This document shows, one piece after another, positions 34,723-35,189 of a DNA stretch of 35,189 nucleotides. Numbering within the stretch: the first letter of the stretch is position 1; each line of letters begins with the position of its first letter. This DNA comes from Chiloscyllium plagiosum. Lineage: Eukaryota. The notes beneath the pieces are model-generated. The model ran no database searches, had not been told where the DNA came from, and was given only the letters and a program-made list of their open reading frames with translations. The position numbers and the translations under genes were made by a program. The stretch covers positions 680,656-715,844 of the forward strand of contig NC_057720.1 in NCBI RefSeq assembly GCF_004010195.1, given 5' to 3'.

Positions 34723-35189
34723 GTGTGTGTGTGTGTGTGTGTGTGTGTCTGTGTGTGAGTGTGTGTGTGTGTGTGTCTGTGTGTGAGTGTGTGTGTGTGT
34801 GTGTCTGTGTGTGAGTGTGTGTGTGTGTGTGTCTGTGTGTGAGTGTGTGTGTGTGTGTGTCTGTGTGTGAGTGTGTGTGTGTGTGTGTCTGTGTGTGAGT
34901 GTGTGTGTGTGTGTGTCTGTGTGTGAGTGTGTGTGTGTGTGTGTCTGTGTGTGAGTGTGTGTGTGTGTGTGTCTGTGTGTGAGTGTGTGTGTGTGTGTGT
35001 CTGTGTGTGAGTGTGTGTGTGTGTGTGTCTGTGTGTGAGTGTGTGTGTGTGTGTGTCTGTGTGTGAGTGTGTGTGTGTGTGTGTCTGTGTGTGAGTGTGT
35101 GTGTGTGTGTGTCTGTGTGTGAGTGTGTGTGTGTGTGTGTCTGTGTGTGAGTGTGTGTGTGTGTGTCTGTGTGTGTGTGAGTGTGTGTG
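34723..35189 (+). repeat. (GT)n microsatellite with a higher-order period of about 28 bp; runs off the window end
   Basis: CT and GA interruptions recur mostly every 28 nt (34749, 34777, 34805, 34833, 34861, 34889). Confidence 0.97.

Noticed and set aside
29915..35189. Collagen exon 5 (expected to begin GDIQQ)
   Set aside because: No matching sequence was found; it probably lies beyond the window end.

Overview
Repeat-dense intronic DNA from a cartilaginous fish, most likely a shark (inferred from HE1/V-SINE, SacSINE/Deu-SINE-like and CR1 repeats). The only host coding sequence is three + strand exons (168, 214 and 163 bp; exons 2-4) of a type XI collagen N-propeptide TSPN domain, most likely COL11A2. 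The rest is decayed CR1 and L2-like LINE fragments, SINEs, mini/microsatellites and two N-gaps. Three things stand out. (1) A 5S rRNA gene with upstream and downstream spacer (466 bp) is embedded in a young CR1 LINE between 7-bp AATGGAG direct repeats, at the site of an internal LINE deletion. (2) Six minimal hammerhead ribozyme cores from two families sit in Penelope-like repeats; five are on the collagen sense strand upstream of exon 2. (3) Two of these repeats are compact palindromic insertions with 13-15 bp target-site duplications, and one has an empty-site paralog in the window. Family assignments come from recalled consensus sequences, not database searches.
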